From: Arenicellales bacterium
Lineage (GTDB): Bacteria; Pseudomonadota; Gammaproteobacteria; Arenicellales; CBDCFT01
Direction of reading: 5' to 3'
Assembly (NCBI GenBank): GCA_965216735.1
Contig: OZ244198.1
Location: 3,009,208 to 3,073,207, forward strand
Length of the DNA: 64,000 nt
Shown: in pieces, positions 63,045-64,000 of the stretch
Layout: every line of letters begins with the position of its first letter
Position numbering within the stretch: the first letter of the stretch is position 1
Notes under the pieces: model-generated
What the model saw: the letters and a program-made list of their open reading frames with translations, nothing else
Database searches by the model: none
What the model was told of the DNA's origin: nothing
Position numbers and translations under genes: made by a program

Positions 63045-63971
63045 GTGATTCTAATGAATTTTCATCGAACCGCGGCACTGTTGGTGGCGCTTTTAACGAT
63101 TACCGACACAGTATTTGCTAATCCGCCAAATGTATTGGTGAGTATTAAACCCGTGCACTCGCTCATCGCCGGGGTGATGAAGGGTGTCAGCGAGCCCGGT
63201 TTATTGCTCGCTGGCGCCGCATCGCCCCATACCTATGCAATGCGTCCTTCCGATGGTCGCAAATTACATGAAGCAGACATTGTTTTTTGGATTGGCCCCA
63301 GTCTGGAATCATTTCTGGTCAAACCACTATCGACACTGGACTCGCGCACACGAATCGTCACATTAATAAAACAAAAAGATATTCATCTCCTGAGAATGCG
63401 CTCGCCACATCGTCACACGCACAACAATGAGTCAACATATTTTGATGACCTCGAACTCGATCCCCACATTTGGCTTGATCTCGATAACGCTCAACAGATT
63501 GTGCGCATCGCTGCCGCTATCTTAAGTGACATCGATCCCGCACGCCAACAGACCTATTACAATAATGGCAATAAAATCGTTGCCCATCTAAATACTCTTG
63601 ATGACGAAATACGTGAGCGTTTACATTCGGTGGTAGAAATTCCCTATGTTGTGTTCCACGACGCCTACCAGCACTTCGAAAACCGTTATGGGTTAAACTC
63701 ACTCGCGGCCATCACTGTCAACGCCGGGCAAACACCGGGTGCAAAAAGTGCAGTGGCAATAAAAAACCTAATTGCCGAAGAAAACGTAAAATGTGTGTTC
63801 GCCGAACCTCAGTTTGAGCCGAAAATTTTGAAGACCATCACTGAAGACGTAAACATAGAAACGGGCACGCTTGATTCACTCGGTGCAATCATCGAGCCGG
63901 GAGTTAGTGCTTATGAGGAAATTATGATGGGAATAGCAGATTCTTTGGTATCTTGCTTGCGTCGGACATAG
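63045..63971 (+). CDS. znuA: Zinc ABC substrate-binding protein
   Basis: SIKPVHSL, ASPH, DPHIWLD, VFHDAYQ, FAEPQF. Confidence 0.95.
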   Translation: MILMNFHRTAALLVALLTITDTVFANPPNVLVSIKPVHSLIAGVMKGVSEPGLLLAGAASPHTYAMRPSDGRKLHEADIVFWIGPSLESFLVKPLSTLDSRTRIVTLIKQKDIHLLRMRSPHRHTHNNESTYFDDLELDPHIWLDLDNAQQIVRIAAAILSDIDPARQQTYYNNGNKIVAHLNTLDDEIRERLHSVVEIPYVVFHDAYQHFENRYGLNSLAAITVNAGQTPGAKSAVAIKNLIAEENVKCVFAEPQFEPKILKTITEDVNIETGTLDSLGAIIEPGVSAYEEIMMGIADSLVSCLRRT

Positions 63972-64000
63972 CAAATTGAACTGGGAACCAAATACTGTGT

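Overview
Bacterial (most likely marine proteobacterial) chromosomal segment dominated by C1/methylated-amine metabolism. Left: serine-cycle-type operon on the minus strand (class V aminotransferase, mcl, mtkAB, 2-hydroxyacid dehydrogenase, ppc running off the edge), an MFS remnant and an IS5 inserted in a DUF1127 gene. Then a signalling island (solute-binding protein, HAMP/PAS histidine kinase, two response regulators, receiver-adenylate cyclase), an internally deleted TMAO-demethylase-like gene and a soluble NarX/NarL-like pair. Centre: a trimethylamine dehydrogenase operon with a membrane Fe-S (FadF/DgcB/EMO-type) oxidoreductase, an LRV/HEAT-repeat protein, etfBA, a methanogen-type MttP permease with two small partner ORFs and a Gfa-family protein; a DmmD-like aminomethyltransferase divergent from a Liv-type ABC transporter. 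Right: MotA-like trio, a tandemly duplicated tyrosine recombinase + IS91-type element next to an attC-like cassette, metF, an RHH/VOC(amber-interrupted)/Tat/GMC cluster, a tungsten AOR-type operon and znuABC/zur. The best candidate for an undescribed system is the oxygen-independent TMA uptake/oxidation/respiration module with its own NarL-type regulon. All family assignments are from motif recognition by eye, with no database searches; no rRNA, tRNA or CRISPR was seen.
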